Below are positions 15,437 through 25,739 of a stretch of 53,537 bases of DNA, piece after piece; within the stretch, counting starts at the first letter, position 1, and every line of letters starts with the position of its first letter. The notes beneath the pieces are model-generated. The model was not told the DNA's origin and searched no databases. It was given only the letters and a program-made list of their open reading frames with translations. The stretch lies in IMG/VR virus record IMGVR_UViG_3300025304_000001, positions 1-53,537 of that record; one strand, 5' to 3'. The stretch comes from a virus. A program made the translations under genes and the position numbers.

Positions 15437-16669
15437 TTAATTGACGGTGCTGAGGCGGGCGATGATGTCGCGCACCAGGCCTTCGACAGCGGGGCGATAG
15501 CGTCGGACTTCGTGCCGGGCGACCTTGAACGCCGGTACAGGCTCGATGCTGAGGTTGACGGTCAGATGGCCGAGACGGATTTCTTCGGGGCTGTTTTTGT
15601 CGGACCGGAACTTCACTTCCGATCCGAGGATATCCTCGTCCGCCTTATGATCCCGCAGCATGAACTTCAGGCTGTTGAGCCATGCTTCGGTGCTGCTGGC
15701 GGAGATCTTCTTGCCGAGGAACTGGCGGGTGATCTCCATCATCTTGACGGTGAGATAGTCGGCGCCGCGCACCTGGTGGATCTGCTTCCAGAGTTCACCC
15801 GTGGTGGTGTTGTCGGTACCGACGAAGACGAAACCGCCATCGGCGATGGCGCCGTCGACGCCGCTTTCGCCGGCTGCGACGATCGACACCTCGCTCTCAA
15901 GCATCTGCTGACCTTCGGTCGAACCGTCCAGCAGCGAGAACGGGATCTGCCGAGAGAGACCGGCGATCCCGTAGATCGCGCGGTTGGCGATCGGATTGAA
16001 CGGCTTTCCTTCGTTCTCCGAATCCACGCGCTGAAAGAGGCCAATGATGCGCGGACCCATGGGCCGCGTAACCAGTGACGCGCCTTCATAGACACGCGCA
16101 GCCACGCCAACCGGCATGATGCGCTCCGAATTCATCGTCTCCCGCGCGTCGATCGCGTTGGCGGCCGAAGTGTCGTCGACGTCGATAACGGAGACGGCGA
16201 GCAGGCGTTCGCAGGCGGCGTGCAACGCAGCCGAAACCGGTCCAGCCGTGTCGAGGTCGGCGCGATAGGCGCCCCGCCCGGCCCAGACCAGGCGCGGTGT
16301 CGCATTAACGAGGGACGGGATGCCGGCGATGTTGGTCGGCGAGAGCGCGGTTGCGATATTCGCTGCGGTTGCTGCGGCGTTTGCACCCTCCGCAATGCGG
16401 TAGATCGTGACATCGGCGCCAGCATTGAGGCCATTGAGCTGCGAATTGATACCGTTCACGGCGTCGCGCAGTGGCCCGGTCCCGAGCTTGGCGACCATGC
16501 CGGCATCGGCAGAAGAAATACGGACTGGCGTGCCGATCGGAAACGCGGAATTGTCGGCATCGGTGGACGCTTCGACAAGCAGGCCTTTCGAGAAGTCTGC
16601 ACCAAGCACAGGTACAGGCTCATCGCTGGGCCGCGAAAAAGTCATGCCGAACACGGGATCGGACATCAT
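15437..16669 (-). CDS. Contractile tail sheath protein (P2 FI-like)
   Basis: The protein is 410 aa, and its position and composition are typical of sheath proteins. Confidence 0.85.
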   Translation of the reverse strand: MMSDPVFGMTFSRPSDEPVPVLGADFSKGLLVEASTDADNSAFPIGTPVRISSADAGMVAKLGTGPLRDAVNGINSQLNGLNAGADVTIYRIAEGANAAATAANIATALSPTNIAGIPSLVNATPRLVWAGRGAYRADLDTAGPVSAALHAACERLLAVSVIDVDDTSAANAIDARETMNSERIMPVGVAARVYEGASLVTRPMGPRIIGLFQRVDSENEGKPFNPIANRAIYGIAGLSRQIPFSLLDGSTEGQQMLESEVSIVAAGESGVDGAIADGGFVFVGTDNTTTGELWKQIHQVRGADYLTVKMMEITRQFLGKKISASSTEAWLNSLKFMLRDHKADEDILGSEVKFRSDKNSPEEIRLGHLTVNLSIEPVPAFKVARHEVRRYRPAVEGLVRDIIARLSTVN

Positions 16670-16725
16670 AGGCTCCTATTGAAATGATGGTAGCCTTGCC
16701 AAAGGGCCGAAAGGGCAAAGAGAAA

Positions 16726-16741
16726 CCCGCTATAAAGCGGG
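16726..16741 (-). terminator. Hairpin terminator separating the baseplate/fibre operon from the sheath operon
   Basis: Stem CCCGCT-ATAA-AGCGGG, followed on the minus strand by TTTCTCTTT. Confidence 0.55.
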
Positions 16742-16773
16742 CTATTTCTCGTCGACGGGGGACTGGAGCGCGA

Positions 16774-17313
16774 CTAAGGAGCGGGCCAGTAGACCGGGTT
16801 GGTCGCGAAGTCGGCCGGGATCGGGTCGAAGTTCTTCAGCGCACGGGCCGCGCGGATATGGCTTTCCTTGTGGGCCATTGCTGCCGTCCCGAGGGCGAAC
16901 ATTCCTTGCGCGTCGAGCGGCATTTCCGAATTGTCGGCGGCAATCCAGGTGAAATCGACGTCGCCGCCGGTCCACCGGAAATCACCCTCCTGCGCGCCGG
17001 CCATCATCGCGCCGATCGCGGCCGTCGATGCCCCAGCGATGTTTTCGCGATCCTCCGGACGAGACTGGAAGAACACGCCGTTGAAGGTGAAACCGGCCGT
17101 GATCCGCCGATCGCGCTCTGCGTCGACTTCGGCAGGCAATACGGGAGCCACGACGACAGGCCCCCATTCGCCCGTCTGGCGGTTATACAACTGCCGAATA
17201 TCGCCCGGAGGGACCGTGACTTCATCAATGTAGCCCTCTGGCAGCTCCTCGTCCGGCCCATCGTAGCTGCCGATAAAGCGGCCCGCCTCGTCGATGAAAA
17301 AACGCTGGGTCAT
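16774..17313 (-). CDS. Putative tail fibre assembly/chaperone protein (DUF4376-like)
   Basis: The gene lies directly after the fibre gene with an ATGA overlap. A C-terminal segment (ITAGFTFNGVFFQSRPEDRENI..) is present. Confidence 0.55.
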   Translation of the reverse strand: MTQRFFIDEAGRFIGSYDGPDEELPEGYIDEVTVPPGDIRQLYNRQTGEWGPVVVAPVLPAEVDAERDRRITAGFTFNGVFFQSRPEDRENIAGASTAAIGAMMAGAQEGDFRWTGGDVDFTWIAADNSEMPLDAQGMFALGTAAMAHKESHIRAARALKNFDPIPADFATNPVYWPAP

Positions 17314-18494
17314 GCGAATGCCCTCACTACTATGCGCCAGCTTGCGGGTGTGACCCCATTGATGGTGGTGCCGTCGTTGGCCGCCTTGTTCGGTATGGTC
17401 AGACCGTGGATCGGAATGCGGACGACAATGCTAGTGTTGGTCTTATCGATGCTGACGCCGTAAGCACCTGGCGTGATGCCGGAAATACCCAGCATGGAGA
17501 TGCCGATTTGTGTGATATCGCCCGGAACGTACCCACCTTGTGCCGTGATACAGACCAGGTCTGCTACGACTATGCTTGGAACGGCACCGAGACCATGCGA
17601 AAGCGTGATGGGAGACCCTTGGGTGAATACCTGCTGAGCGCTAGTGTACCGCTTCGGAATAGCGCTAAGCGCGTTGTACAGACTGTTGCCGAAGGCAGTC
17701 AGCATGCCGCCGGTGAACTCGATGTTGCCATCGGTATAGACGATTGAACCGGTCGGGCCGACGCGAAGGGCCCCTCCGGTCGCCAGCTCGTAGGCGCCAC
17801 CATAGACGAAACGGGTGCCGTCAAAGCCAGCATAAGCGTTGGCCTTGTTCCAAGTGAGGAAGCCATCGCCGTTGGCGTTGCCTCGGCTAAGCAGAATATC
17901 GCCATTTGCGGCGAGCTTAGAATAAAAAGCGGCTACGCCCCAGTTGAGCGCGCCCGTCAGAGTTCCCCCGGAAAGCGCGAGCTTCTGGGCGATCAGGTTT
18001 GTGATCGTCGTCGAAAAATTCGCGTCATTCCCAAGGGCGGTGGCAATCTCCTTGAGCGTGTCGAGCGTGGCCGGAGCGGCATTGACGACTGCGGCGACTG
18101 CGGCGTTGATGGCGGCCGTCAATCCGACGATGTCCCCGGTCGCGTGCTGATGAGTACCGAGCGCGGCGATCGCCGAGGACGGCACCCATTGGCCGCTCGC
18201 GTTCTTGACCAAGACATAATTGTTTGCTGCGCCGGCCGCGCCATCGACATCGGTTAGGTCATCAAGCGAGAACGCGCGATCGGCTGCCATTTTGCCATTA
18301 AGAGCCGCCACGAGCCCTAAGATGTCGGCCATGCCGTGCCCGTGACCGGTATTTGCCTTGTTGGCGACGACACCGGCCAAAGTCCAGATAACGGCATCGA
18401 CGATCGCCCACGCCTGCTGCAGGCGGTAGAACTCATCATCGACGTCGGCCGCCGGATCGGGAAGCGGGATTTGGTAGTGTTCGGTGACTGCCAT
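17310..18494 (-). CDS. Tail fibre protein
   Basis: Contains the APATLDTLKEIATALGNDANFSTT fibre motif and a Gly/Ala/Thr-rich C-terminus. Confidence 0.85.
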   Translation of the reverse strand: MAVTEHYQIPLPDPAADVDDEFYRLQQAWAIVDAVIWTLAGVVANKANTGHGHGMADILGLVAALNGKMAADRAFSLDDLTDVDGAAGAANNYVLVKNASGQWVPSSAIAALGTHQHATGDIVGLTAAINAAVAAVVNAAPATLDTLKEIATALGNDANFSTTITNLIAQKLALSGGTLTGALNWGVAAFYSKLAANGDILLSRGNANGDGFLTWNKANAYAGFDGTRFVYGGAYELATGGALRVGPTGSIVYTDGNIEFTGGMLTAFGNSLYNALSAIPKRYTSAQQVFTQGSPITLSHGLGAVPSIVVADLVCITAQGGYVPGDITQIGISMLGISGITPGAYGVSIDKTNTSIVVRIPIHGLTIPNKAANDGTTINGVTPASWRIVVRAFA

Positions 18495-18502
18495 GTTGAT
18501 CC

Positions 18503-21500
18503 TCAGAAGATGCCGGCGCCAAGATCGCCGATGATGAGCCGGGCCGCCGGGCCGCCGGTTGCGGTGATGCGCAGGCGAACGGTGGTGCCGGTTTGGCCGG
18601 TGACCTCATGCTTGCGCTCGGTCCACAGCGGGAATGCCAGGGCATCGGCGCTGACGAATGGTAAGGTCGTCCAGGGGCCACCATCCTTGGAATAATCCAT
18701 CGCAGCCGTGGCGCCGCCCGGCAGGAATGCCTTCAGGTAGCTGCTGAGACGGACAGCATTTCCCAGCGTGAAGGCGCGGGTGACGTAGGTGAGCGTTGTG
18801 CCGATCTTGCCGGCTACCAGCTGCACCGGCGCGAACAGAACCGGCGAAAGCTTTTCCGTGCCGGTCAGGATCGCCCGCAACTGCACCGTCTCGGTAATGA
18901 ACTCGGTGAGTTGAAGCACCTGAAACGGAAGCAGCCTGTAGATCGTGCCGTTGGTCCGCACGATCTCAAATACGACCGAGCATCCGGGACCGGGCAGCTC
19001 GACAGCCGCCCGCACCTGAAGGTCAGACGCCTGAATGAGTGCGAAGCTACCCAACGGGACCGTCTTGGTGGTCACTGGATATTTCGCGGCGACAATCCGG
19101 AAGGCCAAAGCTTCATCCTGGTGCGCGGTCCAAGTCTGGGCATTGACGGACGAGAAGCGCGGACCGGTCACATAAGGGTGCGACGTGACGAACTTCTGCA
19201 AGGTTTCATCAAATCCGCCGACTTTGGCGAATGAGACGGAATGCTCGGCGTCGTCCGTCTTGATGACGAACGCATGCGCCCTATCGGCCGGCGTGGTCAG
19301 CGGCAGATTGTAACGCGCCGACTTCCACCCCACGACCGCACCCGTCATTGGCACGACCACCTCGGCGGCAATATTCGTCGTCGGATATCCGTTGTTGATG
19401 GAGACCTGATCGACGAGAAGATGGTTCCCTTGGTTGCCGACGCGACAGATATGAAAATCGACGCCGACAACCTGGCGCATCTCCGGTACCGCAAACATCT
19501 GCGCCTGGGGATCGGTAGAGCCACCGACGCCGTCAGACGAGCTGTTGTTGTTTTCCCAGCCGGGGTTTCCTCGGTCCCGCACCCATTCGACCAGTTGCGG
19601 CGCCGTCCAGTTCTGAACCGTGGTCACCCGCCGCATTGTGTCGATCTCGATCGTACCTTGCCCGGCGAACATGGCATTGGCTTCGGTCCCGCCGACACCT
19701 TTGGCGGCGACGATCTTGGTGCCGGCGGTGACGTTCAGCGGAATGTTGAACGTGCCAGTGATCTGCCCCTGGCCATTCGCGGTCTGTGTTCCGGCCGGCT
19801 TCACGTTGATGCCGTCGAAGGTGAGCGTCTGCAGGATCTCGCCCGGTCCGAAGCCGCTGATGGAAAAGGCCACCGGGATCTGACGCAAAAATTCCAGCTG
19901 CTCGACGCGATGGTCGACGAGCTGGTCTTCCGTGTTTGTGGTCTGTAGCGGACCACCGTCGAAACGGGTGCCCCGGTTGAACTCGATCGTCTGCGCGGAA
20001 AGCCAGTCAGTCCGATCCTCTGTCCAGAAGTCGGCAGCCGGCGTCAGCCGAAGAGTGCCGGGAAGCGGCGTGAAGTTCTGGTAGGGGTTGATCAGCTCAC
20101 AACCCGTCTTCAGCTCCTGCGTGACCAGGACTTCCTCAACCCAATCCAGCATGACCGGCGCCGTCAGCGTACCCGTGAAGAACGTCGGCGTGATGGCGAG
20201 CTGCAGCATGCCATTGCCGATCGCGCCGGTTTGCACCACGCCGGCATCTCGATAGCTGTCGTCGAGGAAAGGATCGACGAAGATGCCCTTCTTGGCGACC
20301 GGCTCCCGGAAGTCGATGTTGTTACGGAGGCGCTCCAGCTGGAACAGCCGCTCATAATCGATCACCCGATTGAAATACCGCCACATCTCCGAATAGGGCA
20401 GCGACCGAACCCCGTCATTGGTGACGACGGGCAGCGACATCCAGTCATTGAAGATCTGGCAAAGCGGCAGAATTTCGCTTGGCACGCCCGGCGCCATCGG
20501 ATTGGTGCGTGCCGGCAGTCCCTTGATGTAGATCGGCGAGCCATCCTGGCCGAGGCAGAGGCGATCGATGCGGGGCAGCTTCTGGGTATAGGCGGTGATG
20601 ATGTCGCCGCCGGCCACGCCGCCCGAAACAGTGATTGTCGTGTCGGTGCTTGCAGTGGGTGAGACAGCGGCGCGATACCGATAGGTGACATTATAGGTCG
20701 AGCCGGCCGCCGGCTCCGCGCCGGCCGGCGCCCAATCGATGTTATTGCCAACGAGATTGTAGCTTGTGGCGGCAACGTAGGTGGTTCCGCCCTGGACCAC
20801 GGACGAAACCGAAATCACGCTATTGTCGGGCAAGGCGTCAGCACCGTTGGCGATCGCACCACGCGTCAACGTGACGGTCTTTTCCTTGGTCAGCAGGATC
20901 GAGTTGATGACGCCGATCGGCGCCTGGTCGACCGTGTAAGTGTAGCTCGCACCGCCGCCATAGGTTTTTGTCTCGCCGGGGATGGCAAGCTCTTCCCAGG
21001 CGATCGGCTGAGTGTGCCGCAAGGCCGCAAGGCGGGTGCGCTTGTAGCCGTTGATATTGGCCTCGCCCTGTTCGATCGAGAAGATCTGGTTTCCACCGCC
21101 GGAGCTGATCGCCGTCACGCGGCAGCCCGATACGATGTAATTGCCATTGGGCCGGTCGTAAGCGGCAATCGCCTGAAGCGCCGGCTCCAGAATGGACGGG
21201 CCAGTCTGGTCGAGGATCGTTCCGTCCAGCAGGGTATAGACCGAATAGAAGGTGCCTTCACCGTCATCGCCTTCGAGAGCCCAGGAGATCCGGGCGATCT
21301 CGCGCGCGGCGCCCGGCTCACCTTCAGCCAGAGAGCCGGGAACGAGGCCGACGAGACTCGGATCATCCTCGTGCGTTAGGTAGGAGCGGACAAGACGAAC
21401 GCCGATTTCGACGCGGCCGGTCATCGGCACGTCCTCAAGAACGGCTTCGGCGACCGGAAAGACGTCACCCGAGACATAGATGCTCCCGGAGGCAAGGGTA

Positions 21501-21730
21501 ATGGTTCCGGTTTCGATGTCGACGATAGCATCGGCGCGGGCGATACGATTACCTTCACGGGCAACCAGGCGGCCAAGCCGATCGTGGCGACCACGGATGA
21601 TCGTCTGAAGCTCGACCAATTCGGCGCCCTGAATGAAGGGGCGCTCGCCATAAAATACGACGCTCTGCTGCTCAGGCTTGTCTGCGGCGCGGTCATAGGC
21701 GTGCGGCAAGCCGCTTGCGTGTTCGTACAT
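18503..21730 (-). CDS. Large (1075 aa) baseplate-distal/host-specificity protein (DUF4815-like N-terminus)
   Basis: The gene lies between gpI and the fibre gene. The N-terminus (VVFYGERPFIQGAELVELQTIIRGRHDRL) resembles DUF4815 as I recall it. Confidence 0.55.
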   Translation of the reverse strand: MYEHASGLPHAYDRAADKPEQQSVVFYGERPFIQGAELVELQTIIRGRHDRLGRLVAREGNRIARADAIVDIETGTITLASGSIYVSGDVFPVAEAVLEDVPMTGRVEIGVRLVRSYLTHEDDPSLVGLVPGSLAEGEPGAAREIARISWALEGDDGEGTFYSVYTLLDGTILDQTGPSILEPALQAIAAYDRPNGNYIVSGCRVTAISSGGGNQIFSIEQGEANINGYKRTRLAALRHTQPIAWEELAIPGETKTYGGGASYTYTVDQAPIGVINSILLTKEKTVTLTRGAIANGADALPDNSVISVSSVVQGGTTYVAATSYNLVGNNIDWAPAGAEPAAGSTYNVTYRYRAAVSPTASTDTTITVSGGVAGGDIITAYTQKLPRIDRLCLGQDGSPIYIKGLPARTNPMAPGVPSEILPLCQIFNDWMSLPVVTNDGVRSLPYSEMWRYFNRVIDYERLFQLERLRNNIDFREPVAKKGIFVDPFLDDSYRDAGVVQTGAIGNGMLQLAITPTFFTGTLTAPVMLDWVEEVLVTQELKTGCELINPYQNFTPLPGTLRLTPAADFWTEDRTDWLSAQTIEFNRGTRFDGGPLQTTNTEDQLVDHRVEQLEFLRQIPVAFSISGFGPGEILQTLTFDGINVKPAGTQTANGQGQITGTFNIPLNVTAGTKIVAAKGVGGTEANAMFAGQGTIEIDTMRRVTTVQNWTAPQLVEWVRDRGNPGWENNNSSSDGVGGSTDPQAQMFAVPEMRQVVGVDFHICRVGNQGNHLLVDQVSINNGYPTTNIAAEVVVPMTGAVVGWKSARYNLPLTTPADRAHAFVIKTDDAEHSVSFAKVGGFDETLQKFVTSHPYVTGPRFSSVNAQTWTAHQDEALAFRIVAAKYPVTTKTVPLGSFALIQASDLQVRAAVELPGPGCSVVFEIVRTNGTIYRLLPFQVLQLTEFITETVQLRAILTGTEKLSPVLFAPVQLVAGKIGTTLTYVTRAFTLGNAVRLSSYLKAFLPGGATAAMDYSKDGGPWTTLPFVSADALAFPLWTERKHEVTGQTGTTVRLRITATGGPAARLIIGDLGAGIF

Positions 21731-22848
21731 TAGAACCTCATGAGGATTTTGATCTGCTCGCGCACGGTCTTGCGCAGCGGCAGCGAAATGGACGTGACAG
21801 CGATCGCATGACCGCCGAGAAGCTGGCCGGGCTGCAGCCAGAGTCGGCCGGGCTTGATGCCGGGGGCTGGCGTTGCGCCGACCGTCAGTTCCACGGCTTT
21901 CGCCTCGACATCGAAGGCATCCTCGAAGTCGGTCATGGCCTCGATGTAGACGCGGGAGCCGCCCGGTTGCGCCTGATAGCGGACGCCGCCGAACTCATAG
22001 GCACCGTCGATCTGCTCGCGCACCGGATGGTCTGCGCGGCAGCGTCGATGACCAATGACTGCGCCGTCCTGGTCGCGAAAGGTGACGTAGAGGACGCGGG
22101 CAGCAAACCATGCGGCCATCAGCGTGCGGCGCTGCGCCGCCGGATTGTCGGCCCAGAGGAAGTTCGCGGTGATCCATGGGTATTGCATGTCCGCCCACTT
22201 CAATCCGCCTTCCGCTGGCTCCTCGATCCAGTTGCCGATCGCGGTGCCTTCGGCTTCGGTCAGCAAGTGGTCGATCTCAGTCGTCCGACCGAAGGACCAA
22301 AGCGTGCCGGCGGCTGTGACGGCGACGCCGCTCTCACGATCGAGCATGCTGTCATCGAGCCGGCTTCCATCCGCCTCAAGCGCGCCCGCGTCGTATTGAT
22401 GGACGCCACGGCGGAGGCGGGAGCGGAGCGGCATCGATAGCCGGGTGATGCCCTCGATCCGCTCCAGATCCGGATTGTCGTTTGCCGGCAGAACCGGAAA
22501 CCGCAGCTGGGTGCTGTTCCAATAGACGCGGCCGTGCCACGCATCGTCCATCGTGGCGGAATAGCCGAGCCAGCCAAGGCCTATGTTGACGGCCGCCGGC
22601 GTGCCACGGATCCGCTGCCAATTCACACCCTCGCGGCCCACTACGAGGGTGTAGAGGTTGGGAACATAGGGTGTCAGTTCGCCGAGACCGTATTCATAGA
22701 CTAGGAACGGTAGGAACGACGGCGGAGGGTTGAACTTCGCGCCTTTGATGGCGTCAGCCCCACTTTCGAGCGCGGGCCACCGTTGTTCCCATGACCGTTC
22801 GAAAGCCTTTTCGAATAGGCCAGAGCCATCCGGAAGAAGAGACTGCAT
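21730..22848 (-). CDS. Baseplate protein gpI-like
   Basis: N-terminal MQSLLPDGSGLFEKAFE...PPPSFLPFLVYEYGL is a gpI signature. The gene follows gpJ. Confidence 0.75.
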   Translation of the reverse strand: MQSLLPDGSGLFEKAFERSWEQRWPALESGADAIKGAKFNPPPSFLPFLVYEYGLGELTPYVPNLYTLVVGREGVNWQRIRGTPAAVNIGLGWLGYSATMDDAWHGRVYWNSTQLRFPVLPANDNPDLERIEGITRLSMPLRSRLRRGVHQYDAGALEADGSRLDDSMLDRESGVAVTAAGTLWSFGRTTEIDHLLTEAEGTAIGNWIEEPAEGGLKWADMQYPWITANFLWADNPAAQRRTLMAAWFAARVLYVTFRDQDGAVIGHRRCRADHPVREQIDGAYEFGGVRYQAQPGGSRVYIEAMTDFEDAFDVEAKAVELTVGATPAPGIKPGRLWLQPGQLLGGHAIAVTSISLPLRKTVREQIKILMRF

Positions 22849-23735
22849 CAGAATGCGCGCCCACGATTGTTAAGGGTGACGGTTCCGATGGCGATCGCCT
22901 CGGACGGAAGAGCGACGACGTCGTCCATGGTCGTTGTGACCTTGTGAACGCCGGCAATCATGAGCTGGGCTCGCCACCAGCTCTCGGTCAGGTCGCGACC
23001 GAGTGCCCGGACCTTTGTCCAGTTGGCCCGAAGATTTGCCTCGGCCCGTTCCACGGTGGCGATGTCGGCATCCGGCAACAGCCAGATATCGGCGACAAGG
23101 TTGGCGACCTGCTGCACCGCCGAGGCCACCACGATGGTATCATTGACCATGCGCCGTGCGGGATCTTGAACCGCCGCGTCGACGATCGCCAGAAGGTCAG
23201 GCGTCGCAACGCCATCCGGAGCGGTCGAGAAGACCGCGACACGGATGAGAGGGCTCCTACCGACCGTGTAGACCTTGGCGTCTTGAACACGAATGTCCGC
23301 CGACATCACGATGAACTTGTACCGAGGCTCTACGCCGCCGGTCGACCGACCCTGAATGGCGAGGATGACACGCTTTACCAGCCGTTCGTCGTCTTCGCGG
23401 TCCATGCGCGTGACGTCATAGAAAGCCGCCAAATGATCGAGGTCACCATCCATTGCAAAGGCAAGCAGGTTCGCCCTTGCCGCTTGGTTAATGCGATCCC
23501 GCAAGTTCGTCTCGCGATAGGTTTCGGCCTCATTGCCGACCATCGCGGGATCCGTCTCTAGCAACTGCACATCATAGTCGGGCAAGACGGCATCAGGATT
23601 GGCGAGCTTGACCTCCCGCCAAACATCCATGAATTTCTGGCGCTGGCGGGCAAGGATGGCCTCGTAGTCCAGTTCCTCGATCACACCAGGTTTCGGAAGA
23701 AGGTTGAGATCGAGAGAGTCGGTTGCGAGAGCCAT
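22848..23735 (-). CDS. Baseplate protein gpJ-like
   Basis: The Baseplate_J pattern is present (DYEAILARQRQKF...AAFYDVTR). I chose the start at MALATD. Confidence 0.8.
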   Translation of the reverse strand: MALATDSLDLNLLPKPGVIEELDYEAILARQRQKFMDVWREVKLANPDAVLPDYDVQLLETDPAMVGNEAETYRETNLRDRINQAARANLLAFAMDGDLDHLAAFYDVTRMDREDDERLVKRVILAIQGRSTGGVEPRYKFIVMSADIRVQDAKVYTVGRSPLIRVAVFSTAPDGVATPDLLAIVDAAVQDPARRMVNDTIVVASAVQQVANLVADIWLLPDADIATVERAEANLRANWTKVRALGRDLTESWWRAQLMIAGVHKVTTTMDDVVALPSEAIAIGTVTLNNRGRAF

Positions 23736-23748
23736 TTCTTGAACCCTT

Positions 23749-24156
23749 TTAGGCCGTTCGGACCGTGACGCCGCGTCCGAAACTGACGGTGAACCCAACC
23801 ACGCGTTCGACTGTGAAATCGCCGAGGTGACCGCGCGGCCGGTATTCGGCTTCGATTAGCAATCCGGCATGGCCGGTTCGGATTTCGTCGACAGAGCCGG
23901 TCGGAGCGATCCGTCGAACGGAAAGACGCGGTTCCCAAAGATCGATCGCGGTCGCCACCAACTGCATCCATGTCGCGAACAGAGACGGCACAAGCGCTCG
24001 CCCGAGAAGGTCGACCACGCCGGCGCCAAATTCCCGCCGCATGATGCGGCTGGCGAGCCTCGTGGTGAGGATCACTTCCACCCCTTGATAGGCGGAGGTG
24101 AGATTGTCGATTACCGCGCCGGTGCGCCTATCAATCCCCGCCATCGCCGTCGCCAC
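23749..24156 (-). CDS. Baseplate wedge protein gpW/gp25-like
   Basis: The segment GIDRRTGAVIDNLTSAYQGVEVILTTRLASRIMRREFGAG is typical of the GPW_gp25 family. An alternative ATG lies at 24144. Confidence 0.8.
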   Translation of the reverse strand: MATAMAGIDRRTGAVIDNLTSAYQGVEVILTTRLASRIMRREFGAGVVDLLGRALVPSLFATWMQLVATAIDLWEPRLSVRRIAPTGSVDEIRTGHAGLLIEAEYRPRGHLGDFTVERVVGFTVSFGRGVTVRTA

Positions 24157-24394
24157 CGGCCAGGATCTCGGAGGGCCAGTCAGCCGGGATCGGCTGGCCG
24201 ACCGGTGCTATGCGCGACAGCCCCAGATCGTAAGAGGACTCTTCGGGCGTGAGCCGTACGGTCTTTTCGCCGGTCACGCGCCTGCCGTTGATCCATTCGA
24301 CGCCGGGCCGGATTCGGAATTCGGTTTTGCCGTCCGCTGGACCGGCAGAAGTCGTCTTGCCGGCGGGCGCCGGCAAGGTGATTGCCTTTTTCAT
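24131..24394 (-). CDS. Hypothetical small baseplate-region protein
   Basis: An 87-aa ORF between gpV and gpW. Confidence 0.45.
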   Translation of the reverse strand: MKKAITLPAPAGKTTSAGPADGKTEFRIRPGVEWINGRRVTGEKTVRLTPEESSYDLGLSRIAPVGQPIPADWPSEILAGGDGDGGD

Positions 24395-24408
24395 GATGCT
24401 CTCCTGAG

Positions 24409-24927
24409 TTAGTTTGCCGGCACGTCGGTCTTCTGGTCACCGACCCGGATGCCGCCATGCACGTGACTGCTGCCGACATTTCTTCCGTCGTGCCGTTGTT
24501 CGCCGCCCGTTTGGAAAAAGCCATCCGCGCTGAAGCGGAAGGTTGTTCCGCCGCCCTTTATCGTCAGGGCACCGTCAGCGACCGAGATCCGGATGCCGGC
24601 GTCTTCGAAGACATTGGCATCCATGTTTTCATTCGGACTGGGATTGGCTTCGGAATATCCCCCCCGGAACATGACACCCTGCCGAGGATCTCCGGTTGGG
24701 TTGATCACGCCGACCACCTGTCCCTTTTTCAGGGGAACCGACGTTTTGCCGGTTTCCGGATGCGGGTACCAGGGAGATAGGAACGGATTATCATCGGTTC
24801 CCCCGAGGCGCAGGCGGTAGCCCTTCTGCGCGTCGATTACCTCGACAGGGCCGACCTTCAGGGAGTTTCCGAAAGCGGTCTTCAGCATCTCGATATCGAG
24901 ACGCATCGCGACGAAGTCGGAGATCAT
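24409..24927 (-). CDS. Baseplate assembly protein V (central spike)
   Basis: Segments seen: VGPVEVIDAQKGYRLRLG...PWYPH...GQVVGVINPTGD, which look like gpV. Confidence 0.8.
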   Translation of the reverse strand: MISDFVAMRLDIEMLKTAFGNSLKVGPVEVIDAQKGYRLRLGGTDDNPFLSPWYPHPETGKTSVPLKKGQVVGVINPTGDPRQGVMFRGGYSEANPSPNENMDANVFEDAGIRISVADGALTIKGGGTTFRFSADGFFQTGGEQRHDGRNVGSSHVHGGIRVGDQKTDVPAN

Positions 24928-25739
24928 GGGTTCGCTACCGTCGCCGCGTTTAGGTTTTCGATTTCGATCGTTCCCCTCGCGGCTGGAGGAGTAGAACGCT
25001 CAACGTCGGCAGCAAGGGGACCTTGTCCGAGGGCAAGAAGCTCGGCCGCCGTCATACCGTTCTGTCGCTGCAGCCCTTCCCAGTCTTCGCCGGCGCCGGT
25101 CACCAGGCCTCGCATCAGCTGCGCCTGTTTGACATAGGAGGCATCGGCCGATGCATCCATCGCATCGAGGAACAGCATGAACGCGGATTTCGGATCGAGC
25201 GGCACGCCTCTTACCGGCTCGTCGGCAAGATGAACCGTGAGGCGCATCTGATGGCCGGCTAACCGCTGCCCATCGTCGGTATTGCGGGCGCCCGCAAATT
25301 CGATCTTCACGATACTATAATGAAGCGCCCGGAAGATCTCGGCCCAACCATTGCCCGGATCCGTCAGTGCCTCGCTCAGCTGCCGCTGGACAATATCGAG
25401 GAAGAATTCGCGGTTGCGGTCGGAACCGGGGATGTTGATCCCGACCAGAACCGTTTCCTCGGTATCCTGGTCGACTTCGAGCATGGCCGACGAAATCCCC
25501 ATCTCGAAGATGATGTCGCATAGGCCGTTCTCGGTTAGCGACCGGCCCGTGACATTTTCCGCCTTCGCCTGGTCTGTGTAGACCGAGATGAAAGGCTTAT
25601 CCTCTTCCGTCCGAAGACTGCCGTCCGCCTGAATATCCAAGGCCCCATTCGGCGTATCCAGCACATTGTTGCCGACAAGGGTTCTCCCCTTGATGGCCTC
25701 AACCGCCGCGATCCGCAGGGCAATCCGCATAAGGCTCAT
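24924..25739 (-). CDS. Hypothetical structural protein (neck or tail-completion position)
   Basis: A 271-aa ORF, translationally coupled on both sides, lying between the head and baseplate genes. Confidence 0.5.
   Translation of the reverse strand: MSLMRIALRIAAVEAIKGRTLVGNNVLDTPNGALDIQADGSLRTEEDKPFISVYTDQAKAENVTGRSLTENGLCDIIFEMGISSAMLEVDQDTEETVLVGINIPGSDRNREFFLDIVQRQLSEALTDPGNGWAEIFRALHYSIVKIEFAGARNTDDGQRLAGHQMRLTVHLADEPVRGVPLDPKSAFMLFLDAMDASADASYVKQAQLMRGLVTGAGEDWEGLQRQNGMTAAELLALGQGPLAADVERSTPPAARGTIEIENLNAATVANP

Noticed and set aside
14909-16078. A 389-aa plus-strand ORF over the tube and sheath genes
   Set aside because: It is antisense to well-supported tube and sheath genes. Its composition is Arg/Asp/Gly-rich.
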